A stretch of DNA of 64,000 nt from an uncultured Clostridia bacterium (lineage in GTDB: Bacteria > Bacillota > Clostridia > Oscillospirales > JAAYOS01): assembly GCA_947631015.1 (NCBI GenBank), contig CANRJS010000002.1, positions 67,726 to 131,725 on the forward strand. The letters run 5' to 3'. Under the pieces are notes generated by a model. That model saw only the letters and a program-made list of their open reading frames with translations, did no database searches and was not told where the DNA came from. The translations under genes and the position numbers were made by a program. Of the stretch, positions 18,543 to 27,337 are shown in pieces. How positions within the stretch are numbered: position 1 is the first letter of the stretch; each line of letters begins with the position of its first letter.

Positions 18543-19501
18543 TTCTTCTGGCCCATCCTTATCCTAGGATCAATGAACCCGTAACTGATATCCACAAGTA
18601 TACCGGCAAGCAGGCCGATAAACGTGTAGAAGACGGTATCCATCATAAAGACGTCGTAGTCGAGCAGTGTTATCGACTGCATGTACAGCCGTCCGACGCC
18701 GGGTATCGAGAAGATCTGCTCAATTATCATCGAGCCGCCGAGAACGCCCACGAACTCGCCTATCAGCATCGGCAGTATCGGCACCATCGCGTTCCGGAGA
18801 GCGTGCTTGGTCGTGGCCTGTGCGCGGGTGAGTCCCTTGGTGCGTGCGAGCAGCATATAGTCGGAGGTCAGTGTCTCGGTAAGCTCGGCGCGGGTGAAGC
18901 GCGTAAGTCCCGCTATCGTGCCGAAACTCAGCGCGAGCACCGGCATTATCATGCTCCGCAGCATCGTCCACGAGAACCACGAGTTCCCCGCGTCCGCAAG
19001 GGACGAGACGATGAGCGGCAGCCAGCCGAGCTTGAGGTATATTATGTACTGGAGCAGGAAGGCGTAGACATAGCTCGGCACCGAGACGGCTATCATGACG
19101 CCGGTGCTGATCACCTGATCCTGCCATTTGTTCTTCTTTATCGCGGCGAAGATGCCGAGGCCGATGCCTACCGGTATCGCAAGAACGAGCGAGTAGACAT
19201 TGACGAGCACCGTGGGCAGAAGACGGCTCGTAAGAACGGTGAGAGCCGGAGCGTTATACTGTATCTGCCACGAGCTGCCGAAGTCAAACGAGGTGAAGAT
19301 ATTCTTGAGGTATATTCCGAACTGAACAAGAAGCGGCTCGTTGTAGCCGAGCGCATCCCAACGTGCGAGCACTGTGTCCCGCAGGTTGGGCTGGAGCGGT
19401 ATATCGCGCGGAAGCATTCTGATAAGCATAAAGCAGATCGCCATGATGACGAAGAGCGTAAATATCATCAGCCCCAGTCGTTTAAGTACATACTTTCCCA
19501 T
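18539..19501 (-). CDS. oppB: Oligopeptide ABC permease
   Basis: KYVLKRL, DFGSSW, RAELTETLTSDYMLLARTKGL...KHALRNA, IEQIFSIPGVG. Confidence 0.9.
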   Translation of the reverse strand: MGKYVLKRLGLMIFTLFVIMAICFMLIRMLPRDIPLQPNLRDTVLARWDALGYNEPLLVQFGIYLKNIFTSFDFGSSWQIQYNAPALTVLTSRLLPTVLVNVYSLVLAIPVGIGLGIFAAIKKNKWQDQVISTGVMIAVSVPSYVYAFLLQYIIYLKLGWLPLIVSSLADAGNSWFSWTMLRSMIMPVLALSFGTIAGLTRFTRAELTETLTSDYMLLARTKGLTRAQATTKHALRNAMVPILPMLIGEFVGVLGGSMIIEQIFSIPGVGRLYMQSITLLDYDVFMMDTVFYTFIGLLAGILVDISYGFIDPRIRMGQKK

Positions 19502-19570
19502 AACATCTCTCCTTTTCGGCCGTCATGATGATGCGTGGCCGAAGGTCTCGTGTGACAGCCGAATTGAGCG

Positions 19571-19600
19571 GCAGGGGGAGCGGAAGCACGCTCCCCCTGC
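19571..19600. terminator. Stem-loop between oppA and oppB (partial terminator or mRNA stabiliser)
   Basis: GCAGGGGGAGCG-GAAGCA-CGCTCCCCCTGC perfect 12-bp stem. Confidence 0.55.
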
Positions 19601-19654
19601 CGGATTTCAACCGCTAGGTTGCAGCGCAAAAGGTCTGCGCTTATAGATTATGGC

Positions 19655-22222
19655 TTATTCGTAATTGAGGGTGCCGCCCTGAGAAGCTACGAGCTCGGTC
19701 CACTCGGCGTCGGTGTAGTTCGGCTGATAGAGCTCCAGTCCGCCGTAACCGTACATGACGCTGTAGTTGAGGGTGTAGTAGCTGTACTTGTAGCCCATCA
19801 GCGTGCAGTCCGTCTTGCTCGCGAGCGGGATGCAGTAGAACTTCTCGAGGAACTGCTTCTCGAGCTGCGAGAGGATGTAGAGACGGGTCTCCATGGACGA
19901 GGTGGCGAACTGGCCGTTGCCGTCGAGCGACTGCGACCAGGCCTGCCAGGTCATGGTGACGTCCTGACCTTCGACGTTGAGGGTCAGAGTCTCGGTAGTC
20001 GGATCCCAGCAGCCTGCCTCGTGGATGGCCATGTAGCTCGGGTCGAGGTAGACGCGGAGGGTAGTGAACGGATAGAAGTATCCGCCGCCCCATGCGCCGT
20101 AGCCGATGGCGTACTCGCCGGCCGGAACGTCGTCATAGCGCTGCGAGCCCGGGACCTGAAGCGGCTCAAGGGTGATCTCGCCGAAGCCGGAGCCCTGTAC
20201 CGCCTCATTGAGCGCGTCCTGGATAACGCGGCACTGGTTCTGAGCCGCGCTGTCGATAGCGCCGCCGGACCAAGCCACACGGATGTAGATCGGCTCGCCG
20301 GCAACATAGTCGCCGCTCGCAACGAGCTCGTCGCACGCGGTCTTCATGAGCGCCTGCGCCTCGGTGAGGTTGTAGCCGTTGATGGACCTGTACGCATCCT
20401 CGAGGGTCGCATACGGGGTGCCGTCGCCGTACTCAACGCCGTACAGGTCGCAGATGCCCTGCATCGCGGCGTCGCTGCGGCGGTAGTTGGAGGTCGGGTC
20501 GTTCCAGATGTTATAGACGTAGAGGTTGTTGAGCAGGTAGGTAGCCGGAGCATAGCCCGGGGTCGCCTGGACATACTTCTCACGGTCTATCGCGAGGCTC
20601 ATGGCCTTGCGGAAGTTCACGTTGCTCATGACGACCGAGTTGGTGTTGCCCTTCGAGGCGTCCATTTCCTTCAGCAGATCCTTATTTGTGTTGAAGAACA
20701 GACGGTAGGTGTAGCTGTCCTCGGTCTTGACGAGCTGGTCGGAGGTCGAATAGCTGCTCGAAAGCTCCTCGGCGGTCGGGGTGTACCAGTCGAGCTCGCC
20801 CTTCAGGAATGCCTGATGCGCGGCGGAGTCCTCCATTATATCGACGACGATGCGGTCGACATAATAGCGGCGCTGAGCCTCGCCGTCAACCTCATAGTTG
20901 GTGTAGCTGACAAGGCTGCCGTTCTCGTCGGTGACAACATTGCCGCTCTCATCGCGCTCCCAGCCCCACCACTCGGGGTTCTTAACGTATGTGACCTGAC
21001 GGTCGGTCTGGTAAGACTCCATCATGTACGGACCGTAGGAGAACGAGGTCTCATAAGAAGTCATGTAGTTGGTGGTCTTCAGCTTGCCGGTGGCGTCGTA
21101 GCCACCCTCATAGAGCGGCTCATAGACGAGCCAGTCGCCGCTGATGTAGGTGCGCGCGTCGTTGCCGTCAAGGTACAGCTCGGTGACGTAGATAAGGGTG
21201 GTGTCGTCCGGAGCGTAAAGGCCGACGTTGTCCCAGGAGAAGGTCGGGTTGGTGTGGAGGTAATAGAGGTAGTTTACAGCCTCAGCCTCGGTCTCGCCCC
21301 AATCCGGAACGGCGGTGATGGCGGTCTGGAGGAGGGCAAGGTTTGCCTCGTTGAGCGGGACAAGGCCGTAATCGTCAGCCTCGGTATCGTCGCCCGTGAC
21401 CTGCTCGACAAGAGCGGTGACGGCGTCGTCATCGAGGTAACCGCTGCCGATGTAAGCCTCAAGCGTGTCGCCGCCGAGCCAGGTGAGCGCCTTCCCCGCG
21501 GCTATCATGACCTGCTCGCCGTCAGCAGTGGTGGCGCCGTCGGCAGTAACGGTGATGTCATCAAGAGTGAGGACGCCGCTGGTCTCTGCCCAGCCGGTGT
21601 AGCCGCTGTTGTAGTAGCTGAAAGCGCCGGCAATAGCGGCGTTGGCGCCGGTGTAGTAGTTGTTGGCGCGCATGTTGCGCATCTCCGGGTCGAGCATGAG
21701 CTTCATCGAATCGACGAAGTCCTGAGCCTTTATCGGAGTGCCGTCCTGCCACTTCAGGTCGTCACGGATCTTGATCTGATAGACATAACCGGAGTCGGTG
21801 TCCTCAGCCGTCTGACCGTCGGGAAGGATCGCGCCGAACTTCGTGAGGTCGTCGTGATGCTCTGCGGTGACATCCTGGAAGTCGGTGGCCATGTTGTAGA
21901 TCCACTGCCACGAGCCTTCCTCGCTGTCGAGAACCTGCATACCCATGAAGGTGTCAACGAGATAGCCGAGTATGGCGCTGTCGCCGTTGCTCTCCCAAGT
22001 GTGCGGGTTCCAGCCGGTGCCCAGAGATGCGGAATAGGAGTGATATGTATAGTTGATACCGTCACTCGGCTCCTCGCTGGGCTCGGTGCTGGTGGTGCCG
22101 CCGGGCTCGGTCGAAGTAGTTCCGGGCTCGGTGCTGGTAGCCGGGGTGTCGTTGCCGCCGCAGCCTACAAGAAGTCCGAAGCACATGACCAATGCCAGCA
22201 GCATTGCTATGAGCTTTTTCAT
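19655..22222 (-). CDS. oppA: Oligopeptide-binding lipoprotein (large, 855 aa)
   Basis: Lipobox LLVGC, TSTEPG repeats, KIRDDLKWQDGTPIKAQDFVDS, SYGPYMM, NFRKAMSLAIDRE; first gene of the opp operon. Confidence 0.85.
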   Translation of the reverse strand: MKKLIAMLLALVMCFGLLVGCGGNDTPATSTEPGTTSTEPGGTTSTEPSEEPSDGINYTYHSYSASLGTGWNPHTWESNGDSAILGYLVDTFMGMQVLDSEEGSWQWIYNMATDFQDVTAEHHDDLTKFGAILPDGQTAEDTDSGYVYQIKIRDDLKWQDGTPIKAQDFVDSMKLMLDPEMRNMRANNYYTGANAAIAGAFSYYNSGYTGWAETSGVLTLDDITVTADGATTADGEQVMIAAGKALTWLGGDTLEAYIGSGYLDDDAVTALVEQVTGDDTEADDYGLVPLNEANLALLQTAITAVPDWGETEAEAVNYLYYLHTNPTFSWDNVGLYAPDDTTLIYVTELYLDGNDARTYISGDWLVYEPLYEGGYDATGKLKTTNYMTSYETSFSYGPYMMESYQTDRQVTYVKNPEWWGWERDESGNVVTDENGSLVSYTNYEVDGEAQRRYYVDRIVVDIMEDSAAHQAFLKGELDWYTPTAEELSSSYSTSDQLVKTEDSYTYRLFFNTNKDLLKEMDASKGNTNSVVMSNVNFRKAMSLAIDREKYVQATPGYAPATYLLNNLYVYNIWNDPTSNYRRSDAAMQGICDLYGVEYGDGTPYATLEDAYRSINGYNLTEAQALMKTACDELVASGDYVAGEPIYIRVAWSGGAIDSAAQNQCRVIQDALNEAVQGSGFGEITLEPLQVPGSQRYDDVPAGEYAIGYGAWGGGYFYPFTTLRVYLDPSYMAIHEAGCWDPTTETLTLNVEGQDVTMTWQAWSQSLDGNGQFATSSMETRLYILSQLEKQFLEKFYCIPLASKTDCTLMGYKYSYYTLNYSVMYGYGGLELYQPNYTDAEWTELVASQGGTLNYE

Positions 22223-22444
22223 TTTAGCTCCTCCTAAAAAAATTTCACGGCGGGTGCGTCGCTGCTAGGGAAGGGTTCATCGCATCATTCTTCATTAAAA
22301 GAATGATGCACAAAGTGGCGCGCCACTTTGCCGCGTTTGAATTATTATATCACAGCGCCGCGCAAAACGCCATATAAACATTGTTTACGCGATTAACAAA
22401 GATTGTCACGCCGCAAAATACATTTTTGATAAAGTTGAACAAAT

Positions 22445-23090
22445 TGCCGTTTCAAAATGCAAAAAGAGGCGGCTTTCGCCGCCTCGCCGCCTCGGGAACG
22501 CCGCTCCGCGCGCCGCTTCGCGGGCGCGGAACGCGGGCGAGTCGCGGCGGATTTGCAAGTTCGCGCCGGGAATTATGCAAAATGTGGAGACACCGCTGTG
22601 CGCTGTCCGCCGACAGCGCACAGCGCCGGACGGCGGCGCGCAGCACACAAACGGGCAAAACAGTTATGTTTTGCCCGTTTGACGCGCAGAAGCGCGGCGG
22701 CAATGCGCCGCCGCGCTTCTGCAACTCAAACGCAAATGTCCGCCATAGGAGGACAGCAAAGAGGTAATAGTGAATAGCGAATAGCGGAGGTATTTTTCCC
22801 GACGTACACGCCGTCGGGAAAAATGATTCGATTTGTTTCGGCGCTTCGCACCGAAAGCCTCGCAGAGTTTCGCCGCCGAAGGCGGTGAAATAAAGTCAAA
22901 TCTGTTTTTTCCGGCGGCGTGTACGTCGGAAAAAACTCTTTGCGCGGAGCGCGCGTCGATTTTCCGCCGAAGGCGGAAAACTCGGCGCGAAGCGGAGCGA
23001 AAGGCACCGGCAGAGCTTCGCTCTGTCCGGTGCCCTCGGCGCAAAAGGGTACGCAGGGCAATTTATTGCCCGAGCACATTTTGCGCCGAC
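22445..23090. repeat. Family A palindromic mosaic, copy A2
   Basis: Chain of perfect hairpins 22585-22725 and the ~140-bp unit 22857-23000 also found at 12.4-12.65 kb and inverted at 62.25-62.4 kb. Confidence 0.75.
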
Positions 23091-23092
23091 TT

Positions 23093-24385
23093 CTATTTGC
23101 CGCTTATCGTCACACCGTCAAACGCGACCCACGGCATCACGCCGCCGCCCGACGACTCGGTATCGCTGCTTATCGCGCGGACGTTCTTCATCAGGTCGAG
23201 GAAGCTGCCGTTTATCATCGTCTCGTTCACCGCGCCGACTATCCTGCCGTTTTCCACGAGGAAGCTGTTCTTCGCGACGCCGGAGAAGTCGCCGTTCTGG
23301 GCGGGCTCGCCGCCGGAGAAGCGGTTGACGATTATACCGCGCTCCACGCCCGCTATTATCTCGGAGAGCGGAGTCGTTCCCGGCTCGACAAAGAAGCTGC
23401 CGGAGAGATTCTTCGCGCGCTCGAAGCCGGTCTTGCGCGCGCCGTAGTCCGAGAGCATAAAGCCCTTGAGGACGCCGTCCTCGATGTAGGTCATGTTCTC
23501 CGACTTGAAGCCGCCCGCGAACCGCTCGCCGCAGACGACCGCCGGGTCGAGCGGGCGGCTCGTGAGGGTGAAGCCCTTCGACGCGACCTGTTTGCCGAGC
23601 ATCGAGAGCCACGGGCTCGTGCCGTCGATTATCGTTCCGTTCGAGCAGAAGTTGCCGAGGACGGTGTACATGAAGCCCGAGAGCAGGCCGGGGCTCGCGA
23701 TGAGCGTTCCAGTGAACTTGCCGTCGACCGGCTTCGGGTAGAGAGAATCCGAGCTCTCGCGGAAGAGACGCCGGTGGGACGCCATGTCCATGAACGCGCG
23801 GTCGAGCGACGTAAACGCCGCGTCCGCGCCGTTGAAGGAGCCCGCGGCCTCGCCCTCGTGCGCGGAGAACATCGAGCTGAGGCCGTAGCATCCCTCCTCA
23901 AGCTCGAACTCGGTGCCGTTCGTGTTCATGTAGATGCCGCTCTCGTGGCGGTAGTCCGCTATGAACTGCTCCATTATTATCTTCGGGAACTGCTCGCGCG
24001 TGTCGCGAAGGAACTCCTCAATCCTGTCGTACAGCGCCGCGACGTCCGGCACGAGCACGCCCTGCGTGAACTTCTCCTTTCCCTCGAACGGAGCGATGCG
24101 CTCCGCCTCGTCCGGCTTCCCGTGCTCTGCGGAGGCTATGGCCGCCGCGCACGCGGCGTCGATGTCCTCCTTCGAGGTCTGGTTTATCGCGGCGGTGCCC
24201 TTCGCGCCGTTCTTTATCACGGAGAGCGAGACGCCGGTGTCAAAGAGTGTGCGCATAAGGCTGAACTCGCCGCCGTCGACGTTCAGCTCGTCGGTGGAGC
24301 TGTGGGAGACAGAGACCGCCGCCGCGTCCGCGCCGAGCTTTTCGAGCTTTTCGAGAGTGTATTCCGCTAATTTGCGATCGTTCAT
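23093..24385 (-). CDS. pmbA: TldD/PmbA family protein, PmbA (TldE)-like subunit
   Basis: TYIEDGVLKGFMLSDYGARK, NGDFSG...ENGRIVGAVNETMING; lacks HExxH; start at ATG 24385. Confidence 0.8.
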   Translation of the reverse strand: MNDRKLAEYTLEKLEKLGADAAAVSVSHSSTDELNVDGGEFSLMRTLFDTGVSLSVIKNGAKGTAAINQTSKEDIDAACAAAIASAEHGKPDEAERIAPFEGKEKFTQGVLVPDVAALYDRIEEFLRDTREQFPKIIMEQFIADYRHESGIYMNTNGTEFELEEGCYGLSSMFSAHEGEAAGSFNGADAAFTSLDRAFMDMASHRRLFRESSDSLYPKPVDGKFTGTLIASPGLLSGFMYTVLGNFCSNGTIIDGTSPWLSMLGKQVASKGFTLTSRPLDPAVVCGERFAGGFKSENMTYIEDGVLKGFMLSDYGARKTGFERAKNLSGSFFVEPGTTPLSEIIAGVERGIIVNRFSGGEPAQNGDFSGVAKNSFLVENGRIVGAVNETMINGSFLDLMKNVRAISSDTESSGGGVMPWVAFDGVTISGK

Positions 24386-24401
24386 TTTATCTTCTCCCCT
24401 T

Positions 24402-25793
24402 TCAGCGCCCGCCAATGTTTATCTTGCACTTGAGCGCCGGTCCGCCCATGCCGACCGGCATCGGCTGTTTCTTTCCGCAGAAGCCGGAGCTCACCCACAC
24501 GTCGTCGTCCGACAGGGCGGTGACCGACTTCAGCATCTCAAACGCCACGCCGGAGACGGTGGTGTCGCGTATGGCGCGGCCGAGCTTGCCGTTCTTTATC
24601 TCGAAGCCCATGTTCACGCCGAACATGAACTCACCCGTCGTGTCCGCCTGACCGTTGCCGGTCTCGGTGAGATAGTAGCCGTTCTCGATGGATGCTATCA
24701 TGTCCTCGAGCTTGGAGGTGCCCGGGACGATGCCGGTGTTCCGCATGCGGATGAGCGGCTCGTCCGAGAACGCGAAAGCGCGGGCGTTTCCGTGCGGCTC
24801 CATGCCGAAGTGCTGTGCCGACTCGCGGCTGTTCATGTAACCGACGAGTATGCCGTCCTTTATGAGGACCTCGTCGCTTGCGGGCGTGCCCTCGTCGTCG
24901 ACGTAGATGGGAAGCGGCGCCTGCTTGCCGCTCGAGAGAGTGTGGGCGTAGTCCACCATCGTCACGAGCTCGCTTGCGACCGGCTTGCCGAGCAGGTGCG
25001 CCGCGACCGAGCCGCCGAGCACGAGGTCCGCCTCGACCGTGTGACCGACCGCCTCATGCGCTATCATGCCCGCGAGGTTCGGGCCGATTATAACGTCGCG
25101 CAGTCCGGCCTCGGCGTAGACGCCCTCGGCCTTGCGCATGACTTTATTATACAGCCGGTCGATCTCGCCCTTGAAGGGCTCTATAGAGGTGTAGCGCTTG
25201 TCAAAGCATCCCGCGTCCTGCCCGCCTAAGACGGTGTAAAGCTCGACGGTGGAACCGTCGCCCGTCGGAGCGGTGAGGGTGACGTAGACGTAGCTTCGCG
25301 GGAGCATCGAATAGCCGTCCGCGCCGTCATTTGTCACGAGCAGTTTCTCCATGCTGTCGGCATATGCAGACACACTGCGGCTCGCGAGCGCGGGATAGGT
25401 CTTTTCGAGGTACGCGTCGAGCTCGAGCACGAAGTCGAGATACTTCTTCTGCTCCGGGTCGGTGAAGCCCGGGTCGAAGGTGAGCTTCTGCGAAGGTATC
25501 ACCGGCAGAGCGGGCTTTCCCTTGCCGACGCGGGTGTCCATGAATTCCGCGTTCCGCTGTGCCGCCGCGAGTATGTCGCGCACGGCCTCCAGCGAGTACT
25601 CCGCGCCGGATGCGAAGCCGTATACGCCGCTGCGGTACACGCGGGCGCAGACGCCCATCGTCTCGCTCCGCACGTTCGACACGACGTTGCCCTTGAGGAC
25701 GCCGACGCGCCGCGTCGTACTGCGCTGTGCGCGGATCTCGGTGTGTCCCGCGCCCATCAGTCCTTTCATTTCCGAGATGTGGTCACTGATCAT
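24402..25793 (-). CDS. tldD: TldD-family metalloprotease
   Basis: HEAVGH zinc motif, YVDDEGTP, HGNAR, IRMRNT, CGKKQPMPVGMGGP. Confidence 0.9.
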   Translation of the reverse strand: MISDHISEMKGLMGAGHTEIRAQRSTTRRVGVLKGNVVSNVRSETMGVCARVYRSGVYGFASGAEYSLEAVRDILAAAQRNAEFMDTRVGKGKPALPVIPSQKLTFDPGFTDPEQKKYLDFVLELDAYLEKTYPALASRSVSAYADSMEKLLVTNDGADGYSMLPRSYVYVTLTAPTGDGSTVELYTVLGGQDAGCFDKRYTSIEPFKGEIDRLYNKVMRKAEGVYAEAGLRDVIIGPNLAGMIAHEAVGHTVEADLVLGGSVAAHLLGKPVASELVTMVDYAHTLSSGKQAPLPIYVDDEGTPASDEVLIKDGILVGYMNSRESAQHFGMEPHGNARAFAFSDEPLIRMRNTGIVPGTSKLEDMIASIENGYYLTETGNGQADTTGEFMFGVNMGFEIKNGKLGRAIRDTTVSGVAFEMLKSVTALSDDDVWVSSGFCGKKQPMPVGMGGPALKCKINIGGR

Positions 25794-26739
25794 TGTTGTT
25801 CTTCCCCTCTTTCAGATGATTTTTCTGATCTTTTCCGCCGTTCCGTATCTGCTCCGGGATGGCGTTGAAGCCGTTGCCGACGACCTCCCGGGCGTTTGTG
25901 AGTATCATGAACGCATGGGGGTCGGCCGCCGCCACCACCCGCTTGAGCGAGAGCAGCTCGTGGGAGCGTATCGCGCAGAGCAGCGTGGTGCGCGGCGTCT
26001 TTGAGAACATGCCCTCCGCGTTCATCGCCGTCACGCCGCGCCCGAGGCGCGCAAACACCGCCTGCGATATCTCCTCCGGCCGGTCGGTGATGATGAACGC
26101 CGCGTTGCCGCTGTCCATGCCGCCGAGCATCGTGTCTATGGCAAAGCTCGCTATCGTCTGCATGACTATGGAATAAAGTATGGTCTCGAGCGCTATGCTC
26201 GGCGAACCGTTCGCGTAAGCGAAGCTCGCCGCGCAGATGATTATGCCGTTCAGCAGAAGCATGATGTTTCCGACGGTCCTGCCGGTGCGGAGGCTCACTA
26301 TCTTGCTTATGATGTCGGTGCCGCCGGTCGTGCCGCCGCGCGAGAAGATTATCCCCATGCCTATTCCGTGAAGCGCCCCGCCGAAGAGAGCGGAGAGCAG
26401 ACGGTCGCCGGTGTAGGCGGGCACGAACAGCTGGAAGACGTCCATCAGTATAGACGTCATCAGCATCGCCGCGCCGGAGCGTATGACGAAGCTCCTGCCA
26501 AGCTCCCGCCAGCTCCACAGAAAGAGCGGGATGTTGAGGATTATCGTCTGTACGCCGAGTGGCCATCCCCAGAAGAAGTTCGAGATCATCGCGAGGCCGG
26601 TAAGGCCGCCCACCGGTATCTCCGCCGGGCGCAGGAACATCACCATGCTCATGGCGTACACCACCGAGCCGGCGAGCATCACGGCGTAGTCGCGCACGAC
26701 TGCCGCCGGGCCTTGGGGTTTAGTCTTCGATGCAGGCAT
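25783..26739 (-). CDS. YitT-family membrane protein
   Basis: GGLTGLA, LNIPLF, GGTTGGTDIISK, C-terminal DPHAFMILTNAREVVGNGF (DUF2179-like). Confidence 0.85.
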   Translation of the reverse strand: MPASKTKPQGPAAVVRDYAVMLAGSVVYAMSMVMFLRPAEIPVGGLTGLAMISNFFWGWPLGVQTIILNIPLFLWSWRELGRSFVIRSGAAMLMTSILMDVFQLFVPAYTGDRLLSALFGGALHGIGMGIIFSRGGTTGGTDIISKIVSLRTGRTVGNIMLLLNGIIICAASFAYANGSPSIALETILYSIVMQTIASFAIDTMLGGMDSGNAAFIITDRPEEISQAVFARLGRGVTAMNAEGMFSKTPRTTLLCAIRSHELLSLKRVVAAADPHAFMILTNAREVVGNGFNAIPEQIRNGGKDQKNHLKEGKNNNDQ

Positions 26740-26907
26740 ATCTTTTCCCTCCGAGCGCCGCCCGCAATCCTAATAATACAGGCTTTGGACGGCAAAATCA
26801 ATAAATCAGCGCTTTAGTATTCATAAATTTTTGCTTGAGTATATTTTTTGCGGGTCTTGCATTGGTGTAAAGTGTTTTGCTTGTTGTTTATTCGCCTTTG
26901 TGAAGGC

Positions 26908-27333
26908 TTACTCCTTGTCGGAGCCTCCGTCGGCCTCGCGGGAGGCGAGTATCGCCGCGAATATCTCCTCGAGGCGGCCCCGTCTTCCCGAGAGCCACAG
27001 ATAGCCGAACAGCGCCTCGAGTCCGGTAGCCGCGTGGTATGCCGCGACCGGCGTGTGCTTCGGCGCCTTGGAGTGGGCGTTTCGCCCGCGGCGGAATACC
27101 TCCGTCTCCTCCTCGAGAAGTATATCCTTCACGCTCTCGAACGCCTCGGCCTGCGCCGTCGCGCTCACGAACTCCAGCGTGTGGCGGTGCATGTCCTCGT
27201 TCGAGGAGCCGAAGCGGTTTGCGAGGTGCGTCCGCACCATCAGCTCGTACACCCCGTCGCCGATATGCGCGAGCGCAAGCGGGCTGAGGCGCGTCACCTC
27301 CTCCCTGTCAAGCTGCGGACTTAACAATTCCAT
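26908..27333 (-). CDS. mrnC: Mini-ribonuclease III
   Basis: LALAHIGDGVYELMVR, VFRRGRNA, YHAATGLEALFGYLWL. Confidence 0.9.
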   Translation of the reverse strand: MELLSPQLDREEVTRLSPLALAHIGDGVYELMVRTHLANRFGSSNEDMHRHTLEFVSATAQAEAFESVKDILLEEETEVFRRGRNAHSKAPKHTPVAAYHAATGLEALFGYLWLSGRRGRLEEIFAAILASREADGGSDKE

Positions 27334-27337
27334 CCGC

